Of a stretch of DNA of 64,000 nt, positions 49,295 to 57,793 are shown in pieces; the stretch's first letter is position 1, and each line of letters begins with the position of its first letter. Under the pieces are notes generated by a model. It was not told the DNA's origin and searched no databases. It saw only the letters and a program-made list of their open reading frames with translations. The stretch is from contig CAWGRY010000011.1 of assembly GCA_963825165.1 (NCBI GenBank), forward strand, positions 8,642-72,641, given 5' to 3'. A program made the position numbers and the translations under genes. The stretch comes from an uncultured Bacteroidales bacterium (GTDB lineage Bacteria; Bacteroidota; Bacteroidia; Bacteroidales; VadinHA17).

Positions 49295-51034
49295 TTAAAT
49301 GAATTCAACCAGCGGATCTCCCTTTTTGACCTTGTCCCCGCTTTTCACCATTACCTTTTTTATTTTTCCGTCGCGGTCTGATTCCACGGCGCTGAATGTC
49401 CTGTGGATCATAATATACATCAGTATATCTCCCTTTTTGACTTCTTCTCCAACGTCAAGGTCGTCATCGGAGTAATATGTGGCCGTAGTTCCCGAATAAA
49501 TAAATGCTATGCCGGGCTCAGGCGCGAAGAGAAGTTTTTTCTCAGATACTTTTACCGTTGCGGGGTTTGACAGCTCGGCTTTCCTGTCTTCCACCTCCTT
49601 CAGGAACCGTGTCTTTGCCACGCCCGACTTATAATCGCGGTACTGCCTGTCATGCATTGCCAGTTCGAACAGTTCCTCATCATCCTGTCCGGCAGGCCAG
49701 TTCTTCTCTTCCATCTCCTTCCTGTAGCTGTCGAGCGCATCAGGGTAGTTATCCTGCGGAGTGCCTTCATAGAACTCCCTGCCTTCCTTCTTTGCCAGTT
49801 CGATGAGTTCCGGTGCAAGCGGTCCGGGCAGTTTACCGGCTCGGCCGAGCAGCATATCCCAGGTGTTTGCATCGATCATGGCAAACCGCTCCTTGCCATT
49901 GACAAGTGATACGATATTCATCAGCGCCACATTCTTGACATACTGGCTGAACGGTGTTACCAGGGGCGGATAGCCCATCATGGGCCATATATTTTCCACC
50001 TCTTTAAAGAGCCATACGACGAGCTCATCTTCTGACAGTTCAGGTTTGCCTTGTGCCTTCAGCGCTGCGTTGATGCCCTGGTGCACCCCCTTGAGGTCGG
50101 CCATCATGCTTCCCATCATACCTCCGGGAAGTCCTGATCCGATCAGCAGCGATGTCATCAGTTTGTTGCGCGGGTCAATAAAGTAACCAAGGAAATCATC
50201 GATAAACTCCTGTGTCATCGATCTGACCTTCATATAGGCATCCATGTTTATTTCAGGTACATCGAACCCGGCGTCCTTCATAATAGCCTGTATCGCTATC
50301 ACGTCAGGGTGAACCATACCCCAGCTGAGAGGTTCCATGGCGACGTCGAGGTAATCAGCGCCTGCCCTTGCCACCTCGAGCATCGAAGCAACGGACATCC
50401 CCGGGCCGCTGTGTCCGTGGTACTGGACAATGATACCGGGGTAATTGGTTTTGATTCTTTTTACCAGTTCCCCGAGGGTTGCCGGTCTGCCTACACCTGC
50501 CATATCTTTAAGGCATATTTCATCAGCTCCGTATTCAACCACTTTGTCGACCACCCCCATGTAGTAATCAATGGTATGAACCGGTGAAGAGGTTATCGAT
50601 AGTGCTGCCTGCGAGATCATGCCTGCCTCGCGTGCGTATTTTACCGACAGTTCAAGGTTACGGTGGTCATTCAGCCCGCAGAATGAACGTGAAATATCTA
50701 CTCCCTGAGCTTTCTTAACCTTGTACATCAGGCGCCTGACGTCTGCCGGCACAGGATACATTCTTATTCCGTTAAGGGCGCGCTCGAGCATGTGGGTCTG
50801 AATGCCTGCCTCGTTAAAAGGTCTGGTCCATTCCCTCACAGCTTCGTTCGGATTTTCACCGTAAAGAAGCTGTACCTGTTCAAACGCGCCGCCGTTGGTC
50901 TCGATTCGGTCAAAGCATCCCATCTCAATGATATGCGGTGCAACGGCTTTCAGCTGGTCAACCCTTGGCTGGTACTTGCCTGAAGACTGCCACATATCAC
51001 GGTACAGGAGGCTGAATTTGATCTTATTTTTCAT
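49295..51034 (-). CDS. Oxaloacetate decarboxylase alpha / pyruvate carboxylase B-like carboxyltransferase with a C-terminal biotinyl-like domain that lacks the biotinyl lysine
   Basis: Carboxyltransferase motifs (RD...; ICLKDMAGVG; QYHGHSGPG). The C-terminal lipoyl/biotinyl fold reads GDILMYIMIHRTFSAVESDRDGKIKKV, where the canonical sequence is E-A-M-K-M. Confidence 0.75.
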   Translation of the reverse strand: MKNKIKFSLLYRDMWQSSGKYQPRVDQLKAVAPHIIEMGCFDRIETNGGAFEQVQLLYGENPNEAVREWTRPFNEAGIQTHMLERALNGIRMYPVPADVRRLMYKVKKAQGVDISRSFCGLNDHRNLELSVKYAREAGMISQAALSITSSPVHTIDYYMGVVDKVVEYGADEICLKDMAGVGRPATLGELVKRIKTNYPGIIVQYHGHSGPGMSVASMLEVARAGADYLDVAMEPLSWGMVHPDVIAIQAIMKDAGFDVPEINMDAYMKVRSMTQEFIDDFLGYFIDPRNKLMTSLLIGSGLPGGMMGSMMADLKGVHQGINAALKAQGKPELSEDELVVWLFKEVENIWPMMGYPPLVTPFSQYVKNVALMNIVSLVNGKERFAMIDANTWDMLLGRAGKLPGPLAPELIELAKKEGREFYEGTPQDNYPDALDSYRKEMEEKNWPAGQDDEELFELAMHDRQYRDYKSGVAKTRFLKEVEDRKAELSNPATVKVSEKKLLFAPEPGIAFIYSGTTATYYSDDDLDVGEEVKKGDILMYIMIHRTFSAVESDRDGKIKKVMVKSGDKVKKGDPLVEFI

Positions 51035-51210
51035 TTTTATACACGGAGTTGATACCTGTCTGGTTTATTTCTGGAAATAATCATTCAAAGATAGTCCGGT
51101 TACATATCATACACGTGATAAAAATCAATATAAGCATTTTCAATGTAAAAAGAGAGAGGGAAACTGCATAATATAAACAAACAAACTTTTGATTTATCTT
51201 TGTACTGTTT

Positions 51211-51522
51211 ATGGAAAAAATCATACGTATTATTATATCCCTGTCAATTATTTTTATCTCATTCTATTTTATTGATGGAGGTAAGACTATAATGCTTATT
51301 GGCACTAATGTTCAAATCCATTTGAACCATGATCAAAATAGTGAACGTGAAATTCCTCATCAGCATAATCTTAATAAATATGACGATGAGGGAAAATGGA
51401 TGAAATCAAATTCATTTGAACTTTTATGCTTATTTGAGAGGCCTGTTCATTTTCATTATTATCTAAATGTAAAATCGACGGAATATGCCGGATCAGTCTG
51501 GCAACCTCCGAAATCTCTATAA
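51211..51522 (+). CDS. Small TM-anchored His-rich protein ending in WQPPKSL
   Basis: 103 aa with N-terminal TM segment IIISLSIIFISFYFI, His-rich HLNHDQNSEREIPHQHN, and C-terminus SVWQPPKSL. This C-terminus is shared with ORF 55534..55842. Confidence 0.45.
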   Translation: MEKIIRIIISLSIIFISFYFIDGGKTIMLIGTNVQIHLNHDQNSEREIPHQHNLNKYDDEGKWMKSNSFELLCLFERPVHFHYYLNVKSTEYAGSVWQPPKSL

Positions 51523-51653
51523 GGCAAATCGCTTTTATTACAGGATTTTCCTCAAAAATAACTTTTCTATCATCCGGAATATATGGTGGCTTGTGTACTA
51601 TTCAGGTATTACTCAGTAATTTATTGATACGAACCAAAATAAATCTTATTATA

Positions 51654-54050
51654 ATGGACCTGTCATTTCAAACAGAAGAGCTTAAAGGGTTATCACAAAA
51701 AGAGGCATTAGAGATACTTCAGAAAGAAGGATACAATGAACTGCCTTCCTCGAAACCAAAAAGTGTATTTAAAATCGCCCTGGGTGTGGTAAAAGAACCT
51801 ATGTTTCTTCTGCTTGTAGCTTGTGGAACCTTGTACTTATTCCTTGGTGATATACAGGAAGGATTTATGCTTCTAAGTTTTGTATTTGTAATAATGGGGA
51901 TCGAGTTTTACCAGGAGAAGAAAACTGAAAAAGCTCTTGATGCGCTGAAAGATCTTGCAAGTCCGAGAGCCCTTGTTATCCGAGATGGAGAAACAATCAG
52001 GGTACCGGGAAAAGAAGTTGTAAAAGGAGATATTGTGGTCTTGCAGGAAGGAGACAGAGTCCCTGCTGATGCTTTGGTTCTGAGGAGTAACAATCTCTTG
52101 GCCGATGAGTCTCTTTTAACCGGAGAATCAGTTCCCGTAAGTAAAAGGGAATGGAGAGAGGGTGATACTACGATCTTGCCGGGAGGGGATGATCTTCCAT
52201 TTGTATATTCAGGATCTATGATTGTTCAGGGAAATGGATTGGTAAAGGTTACTGCCATAGCATTAAATACTGAAATCGGGAAAATCGGGAAAGCACTCGA
52301 ATCAGTTAAAGAGGAACCTACCCAGTTGAAAAAGGAAATGGGAACTTTAGTGAAACGCCTGGCTGTTATTGGTATTCTTTTATGTATTCTGGTTATTGCC
52401 GTTTATACAATTACAAGGGGTGATTTACTAAAAGGTTTTCTGGCAGGAATTACCCTTGCAATGGCTATGCTGCCGGAGGAATTTCCGGTTGTCTTAACCA
52501 TTTTTCTTGCCCTTGGAGCATGGCGAATGTCAAAAAAATCAGTATTAACACGTAAACCTGCGGCAATTGAGACTCTTGGCTCTGCCACAGTTCTTTGTAC
52601 GGACAAAACAGGCACTCTGACCCAGAATAAAATGACCGTTACCCGACTCTTTAATGGTACTGATTATTCAAGTGTAGTATCTGGTGATACCTTTACTGAA
52701 CCATTCCACGAAATTATTGAATATGGGATTTTGTCGAGTCAGGTAAATCCTTTTGATCCTATGGAAAGGGCCATCATCAATACCGGTGACCGGTATCTTC
52801 GGAATTCCGAACATATCCATGCCGACTGGGTGATGGAAAAGGAATACCCTTTATCTAAAGACCTGTTGGCCATGTCAAGGGTCTTTTCAAATACCGGTAC
52901 CAAAGAATTGGTCATTGCCGTTAAGGGTGCCCCTGAAGCAATTTTTGATCTTTGTCACCTGAATGGTGAAAGAATATCACATTATGAGAAGGCGGTAGCA
53001 GAAATGGCCTCAGATGGATTAAGAGTTTTGGGAGTAGCCAGGGCAACTATAATATCTGATGATCTTCCGCCGGTCCAGCACGATTTTGATCTTGAGTTTG
53101 TAGGACTGATAGGATTGTCAGATCCAATCAGGAAAAATGTCCCTGTTGCAGTAAAGGAATGCTACAATGCTGGTATAAGGGTAATTATGATTACGGGTGA
53201 TTACCCTGTCACAGCAACCAATATAGGAAAGGAAATTGGAATTAAGAATCCTGAACTTTTCATTTCAGGATCTGAATTAAAGGAAATGACAGAAGAAGAA
53301 CTTTGTGAAAGGATCAAAGGCGTAAATATTTTTGCTCGTGTGATTCCGGAGCAGAAGCTTAAAATTGTCAATGCCCTTAAAAGAAACAGGGAAATTGTTG
53401 CCATGACCGGCGACGGAATTAATGATGCTCCTGCCCTTAAGGCTTCAAATATTGGTATTGCCATGGGCGAAAAGGGTACTGATGTTGCAAGAGAGGCATC
53501 CTCACTTGTATTAATGGATGATAATTTTGCATCAATCGTAGGCGCAGTGAAAATGGGGCGAAAAATATTTGATAACCTTCAGAAAGCTCTTGGGTATATT
53601 TTTGCAATCCATGTTCCTATTGCAGGATTATCTTTGATTCCGGTATTATTTGCTGACTTACCTCTGATCCTTTGGCCGGTTCATATAGTTTTCCTGGAAT
53701 TAATAATTGATCCGGCCTGTACCATGATCTTTGAAGCAGAAAAAGAGGAGAAAAATGTAATGTCCCGACCGCCAAAAAATATCAATGAACCATTTTTCGG
53801 TGCAAAGAAAATACTGTTCAGCTGCATGCAGGGAGTAGGGATCATTGTTATGTGTCTGCTCGTATATTTTATAGGACTTAAAATGGGATACTCAGAAAAA
53901 GGTGTCAGGACACTTACTTTCGTTACATTAATAGTCTCAAATATTTCTGTTATTCTTTCAAACCGCTCATGGACCTCCGGAATTTTTAAGATCCTTTCTA
54001 CTCCAAACAAAGCAGTTACATGGATTGTCGGTGGGGCAATAATCTTCTGA
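51654..54050 (+). CDS. Cation-translocating P-type ATPase (P2-like; substrate cannot be assigned)
   Basis: DKTGTLT phosphorylation motif, TGES, MTGDGINDAPAL. The TM4 motif reads LPEEFPV, which is neither PEGL nor CPC. I chose the ATG at 51654 (MDLSFQTEELKGLS). The annotated stop at 54048 is premature; see the next feature. Confidence 0.85.
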   Translation: MDLSFQTEELKGLSQKEALEILQKEGYNELPSSKPKSVFKIALGVVKEPMFLLLVACGTLYLFLGDIQEGFMLLSFVFVIMGIEFYQEKKTEKALDALKDLASPRALVIRDGETIRVPGKEVVKGDIVVLQEGDRVPADALVLRSNNLLADESLLTGESVPVSKREWREGDTTILPGGDDLPFVYSGSMIVQGNGLVKVTAIALNTEIGKIGKALESVKEEPTQLKKEMGTLVKRLAVIGILLCILVIAVYTITRGDLLKGFLAGITLAMAMLPEEFPVVLTIFLALGAWRMSKKSVLTRKPAAIETLGSATVLCTDKTGTLTQNKMTVTRLFNGTDYSSVVSGDTFTEPFHEIIEYGILSSQVNPFDPMERAIINTGDRYLRNSEHIHADWVMEKEYPLSKDLLAMSRVFSNTGTKELVIAVKGAPEAIFDLCHLNGERISHYEKAVAEMASDGLRVLGVARATIISDDLPPVQHDFDLEFVGLIGLSDPIRKNVPVAVKECYNAGIRVIMITGDYPVTATNIGKEIGIKNPELFISGSELKEMTEEELCERIKGVNIFARVIPEQKLKIVNALKRNREIVAMTGDGINDAPALKASNIGIAMGEKGTDVAREASSLVLMDDNFASIVGAVKMGRKIFDNLQKALGYIFAIHVPIAGLSLIPVLFADLPLILWPVHIVFLELIIDPACTMIFEAEKEEKNVMSRPPKNINEPFFGAKKILFSCMQGVGIIVMCLLVYFIGLKMGYSEKGVRTLTFVTLIVSNISVILSNRSWTSGIFKILSTPNKAVTWIVGGAIIF

Positions 54051-54190
54051 TACTGATCCTGAACATACCATTTCTTTGAACCTGTTCAGTTTGAAAAAAT
54101 CGGTTACCTGGAATTAATAATATGCACACTGGCAGGTTTTTTCAGCATTACTCACAAGGATCTGACAAATCTGAACATTCATTGCAGATG
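54047..54190 (+). pseudogene. Frameshifted 3' continuation of the P-type ATPase (last TM helices)
   Basis: After ...WIVGGAIIF* the sequence continues in shifted frames as LILILNIPFL / NLFSLKK / IGYLELIICTLAGFFSIT.... This matches the usual P-type ATPase terminal helices. At least 3 single-nt shifts lie within about 60 nt. The exact end is uncertain. Confidence 0.5.
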
Positions 54191-54300
54191 CTTATATGAT
54201 TTTGAAAAAAAGAACTATCATCAAAGCTGATACTGGCCCAAACCAGGTTAAGGCTGAGAGCCAGGATCAGAAAAGATATCTGTTGCACCGTCTTTTTCAT
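54148..54300 (-). pseudogene. Truncated paralog (N-terminal 50 codons) of the small Cys-rich WQPPK protein at 55534..55842
   Basis: MKKTVQQISFLILALSLNLVWASISFDDSSFFQNHISICNECSDLSDPCE* aligns with MGKAIKQISVLTLVLSLNLVWVNSSFADIAFFNNQLCISGECQDSSD.... A 23-nt stretch is identical between 54237-54259 and 55779-55801. Confidence 0.5.
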
Positions 54301-54395
54301 TTATACAAAGCTGACCAAAATAGGCTAATAATCACGACTGCAAAAAAAAGGGTGCAGCCGGATTATTGCCAGGTAAGGCGGGAAATCTAAAAGAA

Positions 54396-55250
54396 TTAGT
54401 CTTCACAATCTACATCATCAAGGTCAAAGCATCCGGTCACGGCTTTGAGAATTGCACCTGCCCAAGCCTTATTTCCGTCGGTATCATTATTCCCGATCTC
54501 GATATAACCGTTATTATTGCCATCGGCCGCGGCAACGAGATTTATTACTCCCATGTTGGCTATTATCTTTTCTAAACTGATGTCTATATAGAGCTTAATC
54601 GTTTCACCGGTAAGATTTACTGCACTCTGGTCGTGAAATTCAATCTCGATTTCCTTCGTCTTGTTGGTCCATAGTTTAAAACGGTTTCCGTTCATTGTAC
54701 CAGCAATATAAATTGAACGACCAAGCATTTTAGTGTTATCAGAAAGCTCATAAACGGCAAGATCAAATTCAATCTCATCATAAACGGCATTTGGCAATGA
54801 GAAATTATCAATCACCTTACCATTTAATACATCGGGCGAAAGCACATTTATAAGATATGGGCCTTTGGATTGAAGGTCAGTATAGGTGCTGTCATTACAA
54901 TCATCGTTGCAGAGGCAGTCGCCTGATTTAGCATCACCGTCGCAATCATCATTACAATCATCATTACAATCATCACTGCAACTATCTGGTTTAATTTCTG
55001 CATTGCTTTCATCAAATTCAAACTTAATGTCTTTGATATTTATGAGGAAAGTATCAAGAACAATAATATCGGAACCTGCTGAAGCAGGCATTGTAGCCGG
55101 TGAAGTGACGGCAGAAACAGATTTTAGCGCCGTTGAGTTAGTTGCTTTAATAATTAGCTGTGCATTGGAATTGTCACTTACCTTCTGGCATGAAGACAAA
55201 AAAATTGCTGCTATCACTGCGACACTTAAAAAAGCTGTAATTCGTTTCAT
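54396..55250 (-). CDS. Lipoprotein with an Asp/Cys-rich repeat insert (DUF4382-like, tentative)
   Basis: Lipobox FLSSC. The insert reads CSDDCNDDCNDDCDGDAKSGDCLCNDDCND and the C-terminus ends CFDLDDVDCED. Confidence 0.6.
   Translation of the reverse strand: MKRITAFLSVAVIAAIFLSSCQKVSDNSNAQLIIKATNSTALKSVSAVTSPATMPASAGSDIIVLDTFLINIKDIKFEFDESNAEIKPDSCSDDCNDDCNDDCDGDAKSGDCLCNDDCNDSTYTDLQSKGPYLINVLSPDVLNGKVIDNFSLPNAVYDEIEFDLAVYELSDNTKMLGRSIYIAGTMNGNRFKLWTNKTKEIEIEFHDQSAVNLTGETIKLYIDISLEKIIANMGVINLVAAADGNNNGYIEIGNNDTDGNKAWAGAILKAVTGCFDLDDVDCED
54942..54977 (-). repeat. Three tandem 12-nt coding repeats (CNDD/CSDD units)
   Basis: Plus strand GCAATCATCATT ACAATCATCATT ACAATCATCACT. A fourth dispersed copy, ACAATCATCGTT, lies at 54897-54908. 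Confidence 0.7.
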
Positions 55251-55319
55251 AGTTATTGATTTTGTTAATATTATTTTAAATAAGTCTTTGCGTTTAAACC
55301 GCACAGAATCTGGTTTTTA

Positions 55320-55412
55320 TTATTTACAGATGCATTCACACTCGTGACAGACAGGACATTCGTCTCTGTCGCAACCGGTAATGGTTACTGAAAACAATAC
55401 TACTAATACCAT
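55320..55412 (-). CDS. Possible 30-aa Cys-rich mini-lipoprotein (below the ORF-track cutoff)
   Basis: MVLVVLFSVTITGC-DRDECPVCHECECICK*, a lipobox-like TGC followed by 6 Cys in 16 aa. An upstream in-frame MNKL is cut off by a TAA. Confidence 0.3.
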   Translation of the reverse strand: MVLVVLFSVTITGCDRDECPVCHECECICK

Positions 55413-55533
55413 CAATGATACTTATAATTTATTCATGATAAAATGGAGATTTAAAATATTAATCTCCTGGTTACAGATATGTAACCTGAAGCTTAATAAT
55501 CTCTGCAAACACCAGGAAATACTATCCGGTGGA

Positions 55534-55842
55534 TCAGGATAATTTTGGAGGCTGCCAGATGTTGTTCAGATAATTGTTCTCAAAATTGCCGTTAAAGACA
55601 GGAACCTTTTCCTTCTCTGTGGTAAATATATTTGACTGAACTTTTGAATAACACATACTGACATCATCTTCGCAACACCATATATGGCAATATTCAAGAA
55701 AATCTGAAGAATCCTGACATTCGCCTGATATACATAATTGATTATTAAAAAAAGCAATGTCGGCAAAACTGCTGTTAACCCAAACCAGGTTAAGGCTGAG
55801 AACAAGAGTCAGTACTGATATCTGTTTTATTGCTTTTCCCAT
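55534..55842 (-). CDS. Small secreted or TM-anchored Cys-rich protein ending in WQPPKLS
   Basis: 102 aa with an N-terminal hydrophobic segment, Cys cluster CISGEC...YCHIWCCEDD..MC, and C-terminus NNIWQPPKLS. A -7-like box (TATTTTTG) lies just upstream. Confidence 0.5.
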   Translation of the reverse strand: MGKAIKQISVLTLVLSLNLVWVNSSFADIAFFNNQLCISGECQDSSDFLEYCHIWCCEDDVSMCYSKVQSNIFTTEKEKVPVFNGNFENNYLNNIWQPPKLS

Positions 55843-56108
55843 GGCTGCTAATTTACAAAAATATATAAATAACCGGAATAAGCAGATTTATTAGAAATCA
55901 TCTAACACTAGTGTCCGGTTAAGGACGGTTAATATTAACGTAAATTATTAATATATAATACCTTAATTAGGGTCAGAATATTTTACGATTTAAATTTATA
56001 CATTCGCTCATATCATATATTGAGCGATCTTGCATATTGGGAAAACGGTGTTTGTATAGATGCGTGAAATACTGGCCACTCATAAAGGGATCCTGTATAC
56101 CTGTGGTT

Positions 56109-56142
56109 AAAAAAGAGAGGCTGCCCTCGTGAGACAGCCCCT
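56109..56142 (-). terminator. Rho-independent terminator for the minus-strand gene 56204..56668
   Basis: On the minus strand GGGGCTG-TCTCACGAGGG-CAGCCTC is followed by TCTTTTTT. Confidence 0.5.
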
Positions 56143-56203
56143 TGTCAACCTAAACCTGATCGTAGAAAGGCCGGATGGCCTTATTAAGGAAGGAAAAAAT
56201 CTT

Positions 56204-56668
56204 TTATTCGCTCTCTTTGATGAGCATCGGAAAATACGATGCTATGAGCAAAGCTGCATCCTGTTCCTCGGTGACACCCTGGCTGATAACTTTCTGACGG
56301 AAGTAGCCAGTCCTGTCAAGCTGGCTGTCATCTGTGCGTATCCCATCGACCCTGTATTTTTTGTCAACCTTGTTAACGCCAAAAAACTTGCCGTTGCATG
56401 AATACATAACTGACAGATCATCAGATACAACCACATAGTTTTTACAATTCTTTTCTTTATCCACATAGATCTTCACCTTAACAGGTGAATTTTCATACGA
56501 GAGCAGGTAACATTTTACCGTTTCACCTGCCAAAGTGAGAGGCTGATCAACAACCTCCAGAATGTAGCTTCCGAAGGGAGTGTTGGATTCACCCTTCAAA
56601 ATAACCCTGCCGTATGACATTGCTGCCACACCGGCAAAAAGCACCAGAACAAGAATAATTCTTTTCAT
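56204..56668 (-). CDS. Hypothetical secreted protein
   Basis: I chose the start at MKRIILVLVLFAGVAAMSYG (signal peptide). No domain recognised. Confidence 0.5.
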   Translation of the reverse strand: MKRIILVLVLFAGVAAMSYGRVILKGESNTPFGSYILEVVDQPLTLAGETVKCYLLSYENSPVKVKIYVDKEKNCKNYVVVSDDLSVMYSCNGKFFGVNKVDKKYRVDGIRTDDSQLDRTGYFRQKVISQGVTEEQDAALLIASYFPMLIKESE

Positions 56669-56992
56669 GACTAACCCGTTTTTGTTTAACACCAAACTGC
56701 CGATTGCAAAAAGAGGAACTGTCCTTTTCACTCTTTTTCATAAGTAAAGACCGGCCAGAAACCCTTTCGCTGCAATCTTTTGTGTTAAACTTGCGTTAAT
56801 AAAAGTTAAATGGTAATTTTGCCTTTTAGTACAGTATGTTACAGGATTTGGAACACGGGTTTATGATGAACCGCCTCGGACGGAGGCTGTATCACTGCCT
56901 TATGTTCTATCACAAATAGCCTTTCGCCTGCAGCCCACGCGGCGGCGGCCATTCCCTTCATTCAGTATCATCAGTAACTTCACGGACTTTTT

Positions 56993-57793
56993 ATGAAAGG
57001 CTTGATATTCAGTATAAAGAGATATGCAATTCATGACGGCCCCGGTATCAGGGTCACCTTTTTCATGAAAGGATGTCCTCTTGACTGCTGGTGGTGCCAT
57101 AATCCCGAAGGAAAATCGGCGGAGCAGAACTCTGTAGAGCGTATTGACAGGGTAGGTGAGAAGGAGTTCAGGTCTGTTGAAATGGTGGGAAAGGAATATT
57201 CTCCGGATGAACTTGTAAAGAAAGCTGAGAAAGACAGGGTCTTCATGGAGCAGTCGGGCGGAGGGGTCACCTTCTCAGGAGGCGAGCCATTGATGCAGTT
57301 TGACTTCCTCCTTAAGACACTGCAGGCAATGAAGAGAGCAGGGTTCCACACTGCCGTCGATACCTCAGGATACACATCACCGGAAAGACTTCGGGCCATC
57401 CTCCCATACACCGACCTCTTCCTCTATGACATCAAGCACCTGGACCCTGAGACGCACCTGAAATTCACTGGTATATCCAATGATCTTATTCTCTCAAATT
57501 TTGACATGCTTCTGGATGCCGGGGCAAAGATGATGATAAGGGTACCCGTTATTCCCGGAGTAACGGCAGATAAAGAGTACATGGAACTTTTCGGGAGTTT
57601 CATTGAAAGACGTAAGACAAATAAAATAAAAGAGATAAATCTTTTGCCGTATCATAAGACCGGCAGCTCGAAATACCGCCGTTTTGGCCTTCCTGACCGC
57701 ATGACCGGAGTCGGCCCGATTTCGAACAGTCACCTCGATGAGTATGTTGAAATTTTAAAACCGTTGGGCATCCACATCAAAAAAGGCGGATGA
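56993..57793 (+). CDS. Glycyl-radical enzyme activating protein (radical SAM), short form
   Basis: YAIHDGPGIRVTFFMKGCPLDCWWCHNPE (CxxxCxxC) and GGGVTFSGGEPLMQ. There are no additional Cys clusters between these motifs. Overlaps the GRE gene by 4 nt. Confidence 0.85.
   Translation: MKGLIFSIKRYAIHDGPGIRVTFFMKGCPLDCWWCHNPEGKSAEQNSVERIDRVGEKEFRSVEMVGKEYSPDELVKKAEKDRVFMEQSGGGVTFSGGEPLMQFDFLLKTLQAMKRAGFHTAVDTSGYTSPERLRAILPYTDLFLYDIKHLDPETHLKFTGISNDLILSNFDMLLDAGAKMMIRVPVIPGVTADKEYMELFGSFIERRKTNKIKEINLLPYHKTGSSKYRRFGLPDRMTGVGPISNSHLDEYVEILKPLGIHIKKGG

Noticed and set aside
51085-51120. Minus-strand CACGTGTATGATATGTAACC upstream of the OadA-like gene resembles the first half of the 64-bp module.
   Set aside because: GTGTAT replaces GTGAAT, the gap to TGTAAC is 4 nt rather than 2, and there is no second TGTAAC at N15. 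It fails the fixed spacing shared by the eight accepted copies.
54020-54060. The antisense translation of the ATPase 3' end gives ...YQKIIAPPT..., reminiscent of the WQPPK terminus of the small-protein family. This hinted that the truncated paralog might continue there.
   Set aside because: There is no Trp and no nearby stop, and it would require extensive overlap with the conserved plus-strand ATPase helices. The PP is simply the reverse complement of the ATPase GG codons.
55466-55483. GGTTACA-GATA-TGTAACC, a perfect 7-bp inverted repeat containing TGTAAC, between two small minus-strand genes.
   Set aside because: It has no GTGAAT box, no N15 or N22 partners and no -7 box, so it is not a module copy. 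It may be a weak hairpin or operator, but the evidence is too thin to call a feature.
56860-56990. The GC-rich leader upstream of the GRE activase, with a GCCTC-GGACG-GAGGC hairpin, was considered as a riboswitch.
   Set aside because: I recognise no conserved riboswitch core such as a B12 box or a SAM or TPP motif, and a single 5-bp hairpin is not enough.
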